Origin: Vicugna vicugna
Lineage: Eukaryota
Direction: 5' to 3'
NCBI GenBank assembly: GCA_013265495.1
Contig: MU061579.1
Location: 3,779,319-3,843,318 of the forward strand
Length of the DNA: 64,000 nucleotides
Positions 38,030 to 51,070 of this stretch are shown here, piece by piece. The position numbers were made by a program, and so were the translations under genes. Position 1 is the first letter of the stretch. Each line of letters begins with the position of its first letter. The notes below the pieces were generated by a model that worked only from the letters and a program-made list of their open reading frames with translations, did not search any database and had not been told where the DNA came from.

Positions 38030-38566
38030 TGACAAAGATTCTTTCCTTGACCAATTTCTAGTAAGGATCTTCTGAGAACTATTTGGATAGATTTAGCCTT
38101 GGCCTATAAAGATTTGGACAAAAGACTAATATAGTTTCTGACAACTCAAGGCTATATCCCTAAGATGATCCCAGGCTCCATCCAAGCGCCTGCTGGGGAA
38201 AACTCAAGGCTGCTCAGAGAACCTGCTTTTTCTAGCCAACTCCAAGGATAGGACCCCTGTCTCTCAGTCTCTGTGCAAGGGCAGGAACCTAACTTGATAA
38301 GCCCCAGTTAACAAATCCACATGGGTGACACATGGAACAACCCCTCTTTCCCACTTTTGGTAATTTTCCACTTTCCTAAGTCTATTGAAACCCTGTTCAC
38401 CCACTGCCTATTCCATAATTCCCCCTTTAAAACTCACAGCCACCTCTGTATAAACTGAAGTTGAATTTAGTTCACGTTAGACTTTTTTTATTCCTATTGC
38501 AATAGCATATTACTGATTAAAATCTGGCCTTGCCACTTTAGCTAGTGTCTGGCTTTATATTTGACT
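38030..38566 (+). mobile_element. ERV1 solo LTR, MER67-like
   Basis: TGACAAAGATTCTTTCCTTGACCAA start, CTCAAGGCTGC, GATAGGACCCCTGTCTC, GAAGTTGAATTTAGTTCA, ATTAAA, TTTGAC end. Confidence 0.8.
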
Positions 38567-39206
38567 CACTTATGCTTTCTAATAAACAAAGAATCATTAA
38601 GAAATCAATAGCAAAATAAGAAATGACTAAAAATTTACTTCTTTGAAGTCACCATGTGTCACCCTGATCATAAGTCTGAAATAAACAATATCTTTTGCAA
38701 ATACAACAAGTTCCTCAAAGTTAAACCAAAGATGCCTTCTTTATTCAAAGTTTATTATTTTACTCACAAACAGTTCTGTCTTTATTTCACTGAATAATAT
38801 TGTGCATACACTTTTAATTCTCATTATAGAATATCTACCATCTTGTTTTTCCTCTTCACTATTCTAGTCTTACAAGGCTTGAGACATAAGAAACAATGCA
38901 CATCCTCTAACATAATAAAATTCAATTTCTTCCCCTGGTAGGAATCACTGCTCAACCTAATTCAATCCATACCATACGTACAATATGAATTCTACCTTTC
39001 ATTTACAACTGCTCCTAGACTCATAACACACAGTACCAACCACCTCTACCTGTCATTGCTCTGGACATTAATTTAGACCAAATATCCTTTAGAACTCTAT
39101 TTATTGAAAAACACACTTTTATATCTTTACTTTTCTGATCAACTCTTGATTATATCCAGCCACATTTATTTTTAAGTAGAATATATAGCATATATGTTAC
39201 TACTAA

Positions 39207-39240
39207 TAGATAAATAGATAGATAGACAGACAGATAGACA
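39207..39240. repeat. (GATA/GACA)n compound microsatellite
   Basis: AGATAAATAGATAGATAGACAGACAGATAGACA. Confidence 0.9.
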
Positions 39241-42197
39241 TATATTTGTTAGTTTCTGAGAAATTGCATGTCTATAATCAGAGGAAGTATGCTTGCCTGC
39301 ATAAACGTCTATATATTGGGAAGAATGGAGGGTAGGAGTTAGAAATTCTGAAAGACTAAGCATATACCCAAAGACTGATGTGAAAAACATAACAGTGTTT
39401 TAAATTGAAAGATACTAAAATACTTTGAATTAAAGAGTTTACTTTTCAATCCTGCATATCACCATCTATTTTCCATCAATTGGATTAGGAGTGATAAAAT
39501 AATATTAGAATTTTTAAATAAAGGAATTTTTAAGCATGTTAGTTGTATTTAAATACATTGTATCTCTGCCACAAGAGTATATCAAGCTTTTTAAATCTAC
39601 AATCTAAAAGGTCTTAATTCATAAATCAGATACTTAATTCTCTCCCCTTCCCTATCCCACTAAGAAATTACTTTAAAGTATTTTAAAATAATTAAAACAT
39701 GTTAATAATCAGAGATACATTTGGCTGGAGTTATTCATAAACAAAAATATGCAAGTAAAAGAAAGCCTACATCTTTTCATTGTCATGATGTAAGATGTAG
39801 ACAACCAGGCTCTATTGTAAAACATTTTTGCTTTATTTTAGTTCAGTTAAATCTGGTTTTCCTTTCACTAGTAAAAAAAAATCTATTGTTTCTAATGAAA
39901 AGACAGGGAAAAGAATCAGACATAAGTATTCTGTTTATTAAGCCACCAGAAAGGAAAGGAAAAGGACTGCCTCAGTCAGTGCTAATGTTTTCATATGACT
40001 AAGAATGTGAAACAAAAAGATTTTACAAAAGTCTCTTCCCATTTCTGTAATTATCTTCTTAAAGGTTGTTAATCACTTATTTTCAAGATAACTGAAATTC
40101 TTATGACCCAAAAAAAGGGTGGAAATTTAGCATAATTGCTGTTAAGTGTGTCATGAAACAGTAGCAAGTTTTATGGAAAGATTTAGGTTGAAAAACCAAG
40201 TTTTTAGTTTGCAAACTAAACATCGGTGATTATGTCTCTTAGCTTGACAAGGCCCATATTTTTTTATCTCTGTAACAGAAGATGCTTAAACTATCAAATC
40301 CATAAAGTTGTCAGTAACTTGAAAATTCTATGATTTTCAACTCTTTCAAAGTAAGATTCAGGTTTGAAATGCTTTAATAGTTCTAAAAATTAGGCAAAAT
40401 AATTATAATTATTAAAAAAAGTTTATCTGAAATGATTACCTTTTCTTGTTCATTATTATATTGATAACCTCACTTTTTATACTGTAATAATAATAATGAT
40501 AATAACTTTATTTATTACAATGATAACTTTAGCCATTAAAAAATGTTACCAACTAGACTCTAAGGGAATTCTAGTAAGATTAAAAACAATAATAATCATC
40601 ATGTAACAACCAAAATTAGCAATAATGAACATAAAGAGAATTTCTAAACTCCCAGGGGAGCTAAAAGAGATACCAGAATATTACACACAAACAAAAAATC
40701 CAAAAATACTGTATGAACAAATGAAAGTATGGGGAGAACACAATCAAGTATACAACAAGCCTAGTAAAACTACGATACGAAGAATAATATTGTTTCAAGC
40801 TGGACAGTGCTCGGTTTGTTTGTTTTTATATGTTTAGAAGTTTGACCACAAGAAAATAATGACAATATCTAATTTCTCTTTGGGACACTTAAAAAAATAA
40901 AACAAGGGGATTTATTTCCTGTTTTTGTTAGAACTTATATATGTTACCTGATGGATCAAGAAAATAGCTTTTATTTCCTGCTTTTCTACATTCTCCATCA
41001 ATGTAATACACTGTAATAATTTTCCGATAAAAGGATGTCATATTTAAAACAACTCAGAACAACTGCCAACATGGATTCAGAAGCCAAAGATTATGTTCCA
41101 CATACATGAACATCGTTCTTCGTTTTAGATAAGAGTTTTGGAACATATACATAACATGGGGGTAAATCAGAGCCTAGGAACATGTTCAGTAGGGCTCCTG
41201 GGTTCTTTCCTCAATCTTCAAATTGGAGAAACATTCAATCAACAAGTAGAACACTTTCTACTTTACTTGACTGAGATGAACAGACAACTGCAAAAAGCAA
41301 GATTCATTCCTTCCTACTACATAGCATACTTATTTAAAGAATAACATTTTCTTCATGACTTTGAACAAATTCAGCCTATTATATCAGAATGACCAAGTAA
41401 AAGGTTCTTCCTATTATCATGTTCATTTGAAAAAAAAAAGAAACTATGATCATTTGTGGAATCTTAATTGCAAAAATATAATCCTTATATATGAACCAAG
41501 TATGATAAATGATATTTAGTTTTAGCATCTTAGATGATCGTTAGATGTGAACTTTTGTACTTATAAGTGTCTAAGCCTATAAAAGTTTCTAAGAATTAAT
41601 GACCATTATGAGAAAGCTAATTTTAATATACTCACATTCCTAAAATATGATTTATATTACAGCTAGAGAAGCTAGATTATCAGTTTATAAGTGATGTTAT
41701 TAAATAGATATTTTATCTTCTGTTCAAGAAAAGTGTATTTGGTTAATCTAAGTCTTCTAGTGTAAACACAGTAATTTCATAATCCTAAAAAAAATAATTT
41801 AGGTTCTTCTGCTTTAGGTTTAACGAATAAAAGAGTTACAGGTGTTTAACAATAATTTGCTTATAAGCAGAGAACTGCAAGAGATTCATGTTTTCCCTTC
41901 GTTCCTCAGCTACTGGTCTCTAGTCTCTTTTATGCGTATGGACAGTCCCTTTCTCCTATTGCCAGTAGCCTGGTTTCCTAGCACATTTTAATTTCATGGG
42001 CCAAATCAAGCAGTAGGTCATGAATCATAGATAGACTTGATGCTAGGGATGGGGCCAAGGCATAATTCTCAACCATTTTTCTCCTTCTTAATGTGGGGAA
42101 GTGTGTAAAATTGTAAAGATTCCTACATTTGATGCAGTAAACTTAGCCTCTCAGAAATTACACTGATGAAATGCTGATAAATAGGGTGATCAGCATG

Positions 42198-42312
42198 TTC
42201 ACTGACTCCATAAATATTTATTGAACATCTCTTTGTGATACTGGTGATGAATTCAGAGATGAATAAAGTAGACAAAATCTCAGACATCATGAAACTCACA
42301 TAGTTACTAGAA
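42198..42312 (-). mobile_element. L2 3' terminal fragment
   Basis: AAATATTTATTGAACATCT...AGAGATGAATAAA..AGACAAAATC...CATGAAACTCACA. Confidence 0.7.
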
Positions 42313-44148
42313 ATGAGAATTTCATTAAAAAGGAGAACAAAGCATTTTTCCTATTCTTGAGAAGCTTAATTGATTAAAATAGGAGCTAAGAACTTGCTGA
42401 TAGAAAGCAGTTGGGAAAAATAACTAGGCAGTAGGTAATTAAGAAATAAGACATGTAATTACAAAGGTTATAGTTACAAACAACATAAGTACATGGAAAA
42501 ACAGATCAGTATGTGTTCAAAGAGGTGGGAAAGACATTCTAGAACAGTAGAAACTGAGAAACAGTACAATACGTTTGGACTGACTTTAAACAAACAAAAA
42601 TAAATAGCCAGGTATTTATTAGCATAAAGAATAACCTAAACAAAATAATGTAAAGGGAACCAATTTGGCACAAATAAAGAATTAACTAAGTGTCTCATTA
42701 GACTATGACAATTTTACACATTTAATTAGATGCATGAATATGAGGGACCAACTACCAGATAATTAGCTTCCTTAGAGTTGAGAGCATATTCAATAAATAG
42801 CAACTAATTAATAACAAATAATGTGCTCTTCATTCCTATGGAAGTAACTTCTGTCTTGATTTTTTTCATGATGGCCCATCCTATTTTATAAAATGGCATT
42901 TCTTACAGTAAAGTGACTTACTGAATTTATTTTATATCTGTAAATTGAGTTCTCCCTTATTCTGGTTTGATGTTTGGTACTGTCAACATAAAAATGAACT
43001 GACTATCTTATCCTCCACAATGATTACAGCTGAGCTTAGGAGAAATGAGGAAAGTGCAACAGTACAATTAGAGAAGTATGTAAATGTGGGAGCTAATTTT
43101 ATGAGTTAATGATTTATTTTTGTAAAAGTTTTCACAGAAATAAATTTTCAATTTGAAAAGATCTGTCAGATGATAAATATCAAATTCCTATTCAGAAAAT
43201 GTGATCCTCATGGAAATATGCTAGACTCAGGCTCTAAGCACTGTTTTGTGAATTATAGAAGTGGCTACAATTAGTACCTGTGCCACATGTTAATCTCCAG
43301 ATGGTAACGAGCTTTGGAGCACATTGTCTATATGTACTATATAAATAAACCTGTTTAATTTTGTCCAATACTCTTATTTCAATGTAACATAAGTTGAAAA
43401 TATCTAGAAGAAACAAAGGTCTTGTCTCTATAAGATGCCATGGAATGGCCATGAGTAAATGAAGATCATTGAAGGGAGGAAAATAAATTACTATCATTAA
43501 ATGAAGGTCAGAATGATTTGAGGAAAAAATAAGAAATTCAGAAATAAAAAGTCAGAAGGAAAGTTTAAGAGAAACTAACCATTATTTCCATTTTGTACCT
43601 TAACCAGAAACTTGATTAATAAAGAACAGATGTTGATGCTCATAGTTATTCTAAATAGCAAATGAGAAAAACATAGAAAAAATAATATTTATCTGTGTTA
43701 AAAGAAGGGGAAACACAGAAATAGCATATAAATGGTAACTTGAAATCAATTATGTGACTTTGGTGGCACAACAGATATTTATTAAAATATGTAAGTAAAG
43801 CACAAAATTTGTTTTGTATATTTGTTAATAATGCAATGATTTGATGAATGGATTGAATACTCAGGGTGAATATCATATTCCCAATTACAAAAGACAAAAA
43901 TACTAGTAATACTGAAATGGTGTGAGGTATAGAAATAATATATGCAAAGCACCATCCAGAGTATGTGCTCTGAGTAGCACATAAATTAACAAATTAAGCG
44001 CAAGAGTAGTAAATAAATTAACAAATTAAAGGCCATTGATTCCTAAACAACTGTTTTGAAAGAATCTTACTATGCAATATAAAGCAACTATTATTATTAT
44101 AATATCCATTTATGAAACAGTTCCTCTGTGCTGGATATTATAATAGTC

Positions 44149-44613
44149 TGTGTTAATTTCCTGTTGCCACTGCAAAAACATAATCACAAACTCATTATCT
44201 TACAATTTTACAGGTCAGACTTCCAAAAGGAGCTTTAAAGGGATAGAATCAAGGTATTGGCAGTGCTGTGGTCTTTTTGGAGGCTCCAAAGAAGAATCTG
44301 TTTCTTTGTGTTTTCCAACTTTTGGATGTTACCCATATTCTTTGGTTCACGGTGCCTTCTTCCATCTTCAAAACACCTCCAGCCTTTCTTTCTTTGTCAT
44401 ATTTCTTTTTTCTCTGCTCTGATCTGCTCAGCTCCCTTTTATAATAACTCCTGTGACTACATGGGATACCTGCATAATCCAAAATAATCTCCCCATATCA
44501 AGATTCTTAATCACATCTGCAAATTCTCTGTGCCATGTAAAGTAATATATGAATAGATTCACGAGATTACGATGCAGACATCTTTGGAAGAGCACCACTC
44601 TTTCTACCCCACA
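44149..44613 (-). mobile_element. MaLR solo LTR (MLT1C-like) inserted in a MIR (approx. 44085-44148 and 44614-44720)
   Basis: TGTGTTAATTTCCTGTTGC, GGAGGCTCC..AGAAGAATCTGTTTC, ATAATCTCCCCATATCAAGATTCTTAATCACATCTGCAAA, CTACCCCACA. Confidence 0.85.
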
Positions 44614-45150
44614 GTTTTAAAAAAATACGTATTCTAATTACACACTCAAGAAAGTGAAGAAGCAGTTACTCTCCCTGTTTTACACATGGACAAATCTAGG
44701 CACAAATCTAACAAATGACAGTCTTCATCTCTCTTCTGTCTATCTACAATTCTATCTTTCCCCTTGGAAATCCTGCTTCCAGCTTTCCTACTGGGATATT
44801 ATTTCTTTGTAAGGAAGGAATATAATGAAAGATCCCACAGTGCAACCCTTCCCTTGGTTTTAAGGGTAGTATGTTAGGATGATGACAACTAATGGCCAGT
44901 CTACTCTCGGAGTGCACAACTTAAAGGATGCTCCCAGTGAAGCACGTACCAGCAGCAACCATCCACACAGGGACTTCCAGAGAATGACATTTGCTTTCTT
45001 TGCCAGTAACTTTCAAGTAAGTGCTCCTGGTAGCATTTTCTTAAGCTATGCTGTTTCTTGCATGTTCGCCCCAGACTCCTTTGTAGCAAAACAGTTTAAA
45101 GATACTGTTTCAATAACTACTCTGGAGTGTTGTTCAAAGAACAATTCCTG

Positions 45151-45170
45151 CTGGGCCCCCTGGTGGTGGC
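45151..45170 (-). promoter_or_regulatory. Candidate CTCF binding site
   Basis: Minus strand reads GCCACCACCAGGGGGCCCAG, containing the CCACCAGGGGGC core; lies in apparently unique sequence with retained CpGs nearby. Motif only, no binding data. Confidence 0.6.
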
Positions 45171-45466
45171 CACACAGCGACACGGCCCTTTCAAAAAACT
45201 TGTTCAGTGCCACCTAGATTATACACCATCTGACAGCACATCTCCAGTGAGCCTCGGGCTCCATTTGACTGACATTAAATGGAACTTACATAACTGTTAA
45301 AAGACTTTGGAGGTTGGGGTAAATGTTACAATTATTCCCCCATGACTTCCCCTTGCCACAACAGTGCACAAAAGTCATTACATAAAACAGGACTCAGGTT
45401 AGACTAGGCAGTTCCATGTTCCCTAAAATCAATGTTCCAATTAAACTCTTAAGAGTAGTGTGAATT

Positions 45467-45640
45467 GTATGTGTGTATGTATGTACACACACACACACGT
45501 ATATATAAATAAAATATATTACAAGTACACACACATATACAAATGCATACACATACATGTATATTTGGCACACATTAATATATGTGTATACATATCAATA
45601 TAGTACATGTATATTATGTGAATATGCACAAGTATGCATT
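45467..45640. repeat. Alternating purine-pyrimidine low-complexity tract (TG/CA/TA)
   Basis: TGTATGTGTGTATGTATGTACACACACACACACGTATATA... Confidence 0.85.
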
Positions 45641-45709
45641 AAGGGGTAGATTCTTGCTTGACACCGTCGACCTCAACTGAAGGAAATCTAGCTTTGCCAT
45701 CCTTGTAAT

Positions 45710-45937
45710 TTACCTCAGTTGAGGAATTGCCCTCCCCAGGAACATCTTCCTGAGCCCTTCTCTCAGGGCTACAGACGTGCCCTGTACACAGCTCTATCCC
45801 TGAATTTGCTTAAAATTGTCTGCTTTAGTCAGTTGGCCTGACTTAAATTACACTCTCAGCAACTTGAGAAGACAAACCATACATTATTCATCTACATAAT
45901 TCCTGAAACATGATAGAAGTTCAAAAATAACTGGCTG
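45710..45937 (+). mobile_element. L2 3' fragment
   Basis: CTCCCCAGGAACATCTTCCTGA...CTTGAGAAGACAAACCAT...TTATTCATCT...TAGAAGTTCAAAAATA. Confidence 0.55.
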
Positions 45938-46033
45938 CCTTAGAGAGGCATTCAGTCATACAGTAGTTACCCCAGGTAAAGACAGACTGTGATGTGCACT
46001 GGAGAACTCAGTAAGGCATTTGGGCTTACCCCT

Positions 46034-46041
46034 TGACGTCA
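46034..46041. promoter_or_regulatory. Full palindromic CRE (TGACGTCA)
   Basis: Exact 8-mer with an intact CpG in CpG-depleted DNA; motif only. Confidence 0.3.
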
Positions 46042-49000
46042 CACCTTTACTAGTGACAGACCCGTCAGCTAGGTGTTCAGTTTTCTGCATTTCCACTTAC
46101 TGGTATCCACCTCTAGTCCCCATTTTCTGTTATCCTTTTGCATTACCTTCATATTACTTGTGGCAGGCTAGGGCTGTTCATGTTTGGGGCTACAAACTGA
46201 AGAAGTTATTAGAAAAAAAAAACCAGAGGAATATTAGAAAGCAGTCCAGAAAATATATTAAGCGGACAATTTTTTCTAGTCCCTGTACAAAGATTTTTAA
46301 AAGGAATAACAAAACAACAAAAAAGCAAAATGAATGCAAACAGCTATGGAGGCAAGTAAGCAAACCAACCAGCCTAATTCTGCGTTCTTCCAATTTGGAG
46401 AAACTGCAACATAAGAACCACACTGGCCAAATTAGGCCTCACACAGATTCCATTATGTAAGTTCACTGATTGCTTTGTTCAACCCACTTGAGGCACCAGA
46501 ATCTTGGCCACAGTGTTAGTTTGGTTGATTAGTCAGGTAGCTTTCTTTAATAACACCTCAAGGGGTTGTGGCTTTTGGCAAGAACAGAGCTAATTCCAGC
46601 TTAATTGCCACATAAAGTTTTCCCTAAAGCACAGAAGCCACTGACCTTATGCTGCTTCCTGTGACACACTTTTCAACATCCCTCCTGAGTGTAATGACAT
46701 ATCCTGGATTTGCTGTTTAACAGCTTAAGCCTACAGTAGATGATCTTGTCATCACTGTCATTTTACCTTTTCTGCAAAGAGGAAAAATGTTAGGAGTCTG
46801 TATCTCAGGGACCACTGAACCTGCATTTTGTTCTGTCTGAAACAACTTCCAGTAGCTGTCCTTTGTTTTTCACAGAATGGAGATTCTTAGCAGAAAGCAA
46901 TTCAAACACTATCTCTTCTTCTCCAAAGTCTTCAAAATCCTCTCATCTTCATGTAGTCTCTCCTTCCTTCAAGTTGAAAAGAATTCCACATGTATCCTTT
47001 CATTAACAGTGTTCATTTTCCCCTCCCCATAAGCTTCTTTAAAAAAAAGGTTTTATACACCTTAAGAGTTTGCTATTGCATGACTGGATGACTATATTCT
47101 ATTGATTCCTTATTCACACATCAAGACTATATTTCCCTAAATTGTTCTAAGAGTTGCATAATATATAAACGTCTTCATAGTACAGTACATGGTACCTACA
47201 AGCTCCCACGATATTTTGCAAGTTCAGTGAGACCACACATTATTTTTCGTATTAATTTCAAGTTTTCAAAGAACATGGGAGGAAAGGTTAAAATTTTTCA
47301 AAAATATTTTTCCTTTCTACTAAAGAAAAGCATATAGAATTCCCAGAGATCCGGCCTTCCCTATATATCTTTCCAACCTCTAACAAACCCAGAATAGACT
47401 GGAACATCTCTGGTTGTGACTGGTTTTCCTGAACAAGCTTTTATCTGAAGGATCTTTCTGATCTGGCATGGCTAAGGTAGCCAAGTATTCTGTCAGAATG
47501 AAAGCATTCTTTTTCTGTTCAAAGGCAATTCCTTCGTAAGACATGTCATAAATGTATTAATCATGATTCATTGTTTCAGATATATTGGCTTTTCTATCCT
47601 AAAACAACTCATTATGATAGGAGAGAAATGAAATCAACAGAAGAGGGCTATATTTCAAATAATTGTTGGATGCAATTTCAAGCACTGAAGAGTTTACAGT
47701 ATCTTCTCTATGTATCAATTTAAATAAAAATACACAAATTTAAATAAAAACAAGATATTACGACCTAGAACAAGTATAAAAAGTGTAACAAAGTTCTACC
47801 CACTTGCTTCCTTACTGTGATTATTTCAAAACTTTCAAAAGTATGAAGTAGACAATTATTTAAAATAACCTCTCCCCTGAAGAAGTGCTGTTTGCCTCTG
47901 CCAGTTGTGTTATCCAGCATTACTAAAATGGAGAGAAAAAATGATAACAACTTCCTTTATTTCACAGTCTAATAAAGTCTGCCTTTGAATTAAATCTGAA
48001 CTTGTGTTTGGCCATCCTCTAAATATAAAATAAAAACATCTAATTTTACCTCTCATTTTACACAGCTCTCTGCTTTAAGACTGCCCTGCAAGCCTTCTTA
48101 GCTTGTACTTCCCACTCCCTTCTATCTCTTGTAGCATTGGCTTCTAGGGTTTGGAATGATTTTAGAAAAATATGCTGAGTGTCATACACTGTATTATGGA
48201 GGGTTTATATAATAGGGAATTCTTAGAACAAATGACTCCATAGTCTCAATGTTGACTCTCATTCAAGATCTGTATGGCATATTGTATCTCAGAGTTTTGT
48301 CACTGAAAAAAAATTAGCTAGTTATAATGGTTAACTAAGATAATGGCTTGTAAGGCAGGACGTGGTGTATAACAATCGGATTTTGAACTCAAGCCCACCT
48401 GCCATAACATGATGCACATAACGTTCGTTCCACTTCTGAAACAGCCCTTCAGTATTTTTGTCATGATCCTACTAAAGAATGTGGCAGCAAAACTATAAGC
48501 AGCCCTCGGTCCCAATCATACATTCTTATAAAAGATGGATTTTTTCCCATTGCTAAGATATCTTTCTCATATAGCTTGCCTTTATTGGACTGTGAAGGGA
48601 TAAAAGGTGGGGTGAGATTTTTTTTTCAAATTATCCAAAAGTTGTGGAGTTGTGCTCTGTGTGAAAAGAGTACATTTGAGGATTATACTCCATGAAGAAT
48701 ACATTTGAGGCTTATACACAGCACTCCATAAAGATCTGGTTCAGTAAAGTTTAAACAGCATCAAGTTATGTAGGCAAGATGATAAGAAGAATGCCCACAT
48801 GCAAGAATTGTGTGCAGGTAAGCCATCCAATATCAATGACAGAAATTAATTCTATTACTTAAGCCAATAAGTTCTTCCTGAATTATGAAACTTTTGGGTG
48901 TTTGAACATATGACACATTTGTATGAAATGTTTCCATGAGATTCCCAATTTCATTCCACAAATGCCCTCTATTACATTTTATTACATTATTTATTAAGCA

Positions 49001-49744
49001 ATTGAGCTCAATCTTTTTATGCCACATCATCTTACATTTTAATGACATGTTATATTGTCTTAAGCATCTTATATTTGATCCATTTTGTATGCACAGTTTA
49101 TTACATTTATAAATTGATATTTGCATATCTGATCAATTACAACCATTGGCATACAGTGTGATATGACACCTTAGCTTAATCAAATTTCACTTACAATTGG
49201 TTCCATCTTTAGATATTAATTTACGTAAATGTGAGTGCACAATAGTATAATTACTTCAAGCTCAAACAGATTTAATCTATTTTCAAAGCCACAGTAAAAT
49301 TTATGTGTCTACTTTCCAACTATGAAAAATGTATTGAAAATTTTCACGCATATGACACTCTTTTTGTGCATCTCCACATCATTTCATCAGAAAACAGATT
49401 ATGATGGCTTTAAATAAAGTTTTATAGAAGCATGTGTTCACTTTCCAATGAATAAAAACACAATCAACCCTCTGTCTGAGATTATTTATGGCAGAGATTG
49501 AAAGCTGCCTGCAAAAGTGCTATGGAGCTGGTTTCTATCCACACACAGTTACGAAGAGCCAAAATTTTAATATTAGATAATGTTGCATAAAGTCAAAATC
49601 AGAGATCCTGAACCACCTGGTCTGCACCCCTGCATCGCAACAATTGATGGGTTAAGTGGTAGGTGTGTGTGACCCCTTTAAATGGGTGAGGAAGAGTCAC
49701 TGCAGTTGGCTACAGCACCACTGCATTCTGATACGATGCAAGCA

Positions 49745-49772
49745 TAATAAATAAATAAATAAATAAATAAAT
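49745..49772. repeat. (TAAA)n microsatellite
   Basis: Direct reading. Confidence 0.95.
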
Positions 49773-50334
49773 GAAGTTATACCCTGATATGGGAGGCATT
49801 TGTGTTTTTTATTCTACATTTATGGTGTCCATATTGTGGAAAACACACAAATGCAGAATATTTGGGAGGGGTGGGGATCTGCATCAGTGCTAGTAGGAAT
49901 GCTGTCTTAGAAACACACATAATGGAGAAACTCTTCCAGAAACTTATGCCCCTCACTCTCGTTTCTATGTTTACAAAATGAAAAGCCCATATTTATTCTT
50001 CAATGTGCTTCACTGTTTCTAATCCCCAGCCCAAACCTCCTTCTACTACTCTATCTCCTTTCTTCAGTTCAGGTTAATGTGGAACGTTGTATTAAAAAAA
50101 AAAAATAGTATCATTCAGCAAATACTGAGAGACACGGCTAAGACTTTTTTTTCGAAGTGGTGTTTATTTTCTACCTCTAGAAAACTATAATAGGAAGTGA
50201 ACAGAAACAAAGAGATACTTTATATTAGGAATGTGTTTGATTCTCTTGAATTATTTTGCTGTGTTTTCCCCTCAATTTATTACATATTAAAGTGACTTGG
50301 GAGAATGTTGCTCATGTTGGGTTTTCTGTGAAAT

Positions 50335-50630
50335 AGCTTTAAGACCCTGAGTAAGTTACACAGCCTCTCTGAGTTTCGATTTCACTTTTTGTTAAGCAAG
50401 TGTCTAATACAGTGACTAAGAACACAGACTGATGAGTCTGAATGCTGGCTGAGCCATTAGTTTCAAGACCTGGTGCTATACACCGAAAGTCTTGATATCT
50501 GCACCTATCCAATGGGGATGATAACAGTTGCATTTCACTCATATGGTCATTTTGCAAATTAAATGAGTTCATAATGTAAAGTGCTCAGAACTGTGGTTGG
50601 CATACATTAAGTAAGATATGAGTTGTTAAA
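50335..50630 (+). mobile_element. Two adjacent MIR fragments
   Basis: GACCCTGAGTAAGTTACACAGCCTCTCTGAGTTTC and AATGGGGATGATAACAG...ATTAAATGAG...TGTAAAGTGCTCAGAAC. Confidence 0.75.
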
Positions 50631-51070
50631 AATAAATAAAAATGCTCATAAATGGATTATACCTAAATAAGCCATCAGCTTTAAATTTTTATCTACTTTG
50701 ATTTAATATTCTGTAATTTTATAATATTAACAGATTAATTTAAAAACTCCAAATGTATAATATTAAAGAAGTTACCACTTTTATTTATGTTGATTTTAGT
50801 TTTATAAAAGTATCTTGGCCAATTTTTTTTTCAAATGAGTCTGTATACAATTCTTAATAGTAAAAAAATAAAACAAAGAGTACTTTATGTATGGAAATTT
50901 ATTGTATAAGGTCACATCAGTTCCTCAGATTGGAGTGAAGTTTCAGTTCTATTTCAAAAAATAAACAACTTGGCATATGATTTCCTACACCTCATATATA
51001 GTCTAAGAAGTTGGAAATATTATGACACACTTATACTGAGAATGTATGTTGATAATCAAGAAGCAAAATT

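Noticed and set aside
44879..45217. 112-aa ORF as an exon
   Set aside because: No recognised homology; the GC-richer part is better explained by CTCF motifs.
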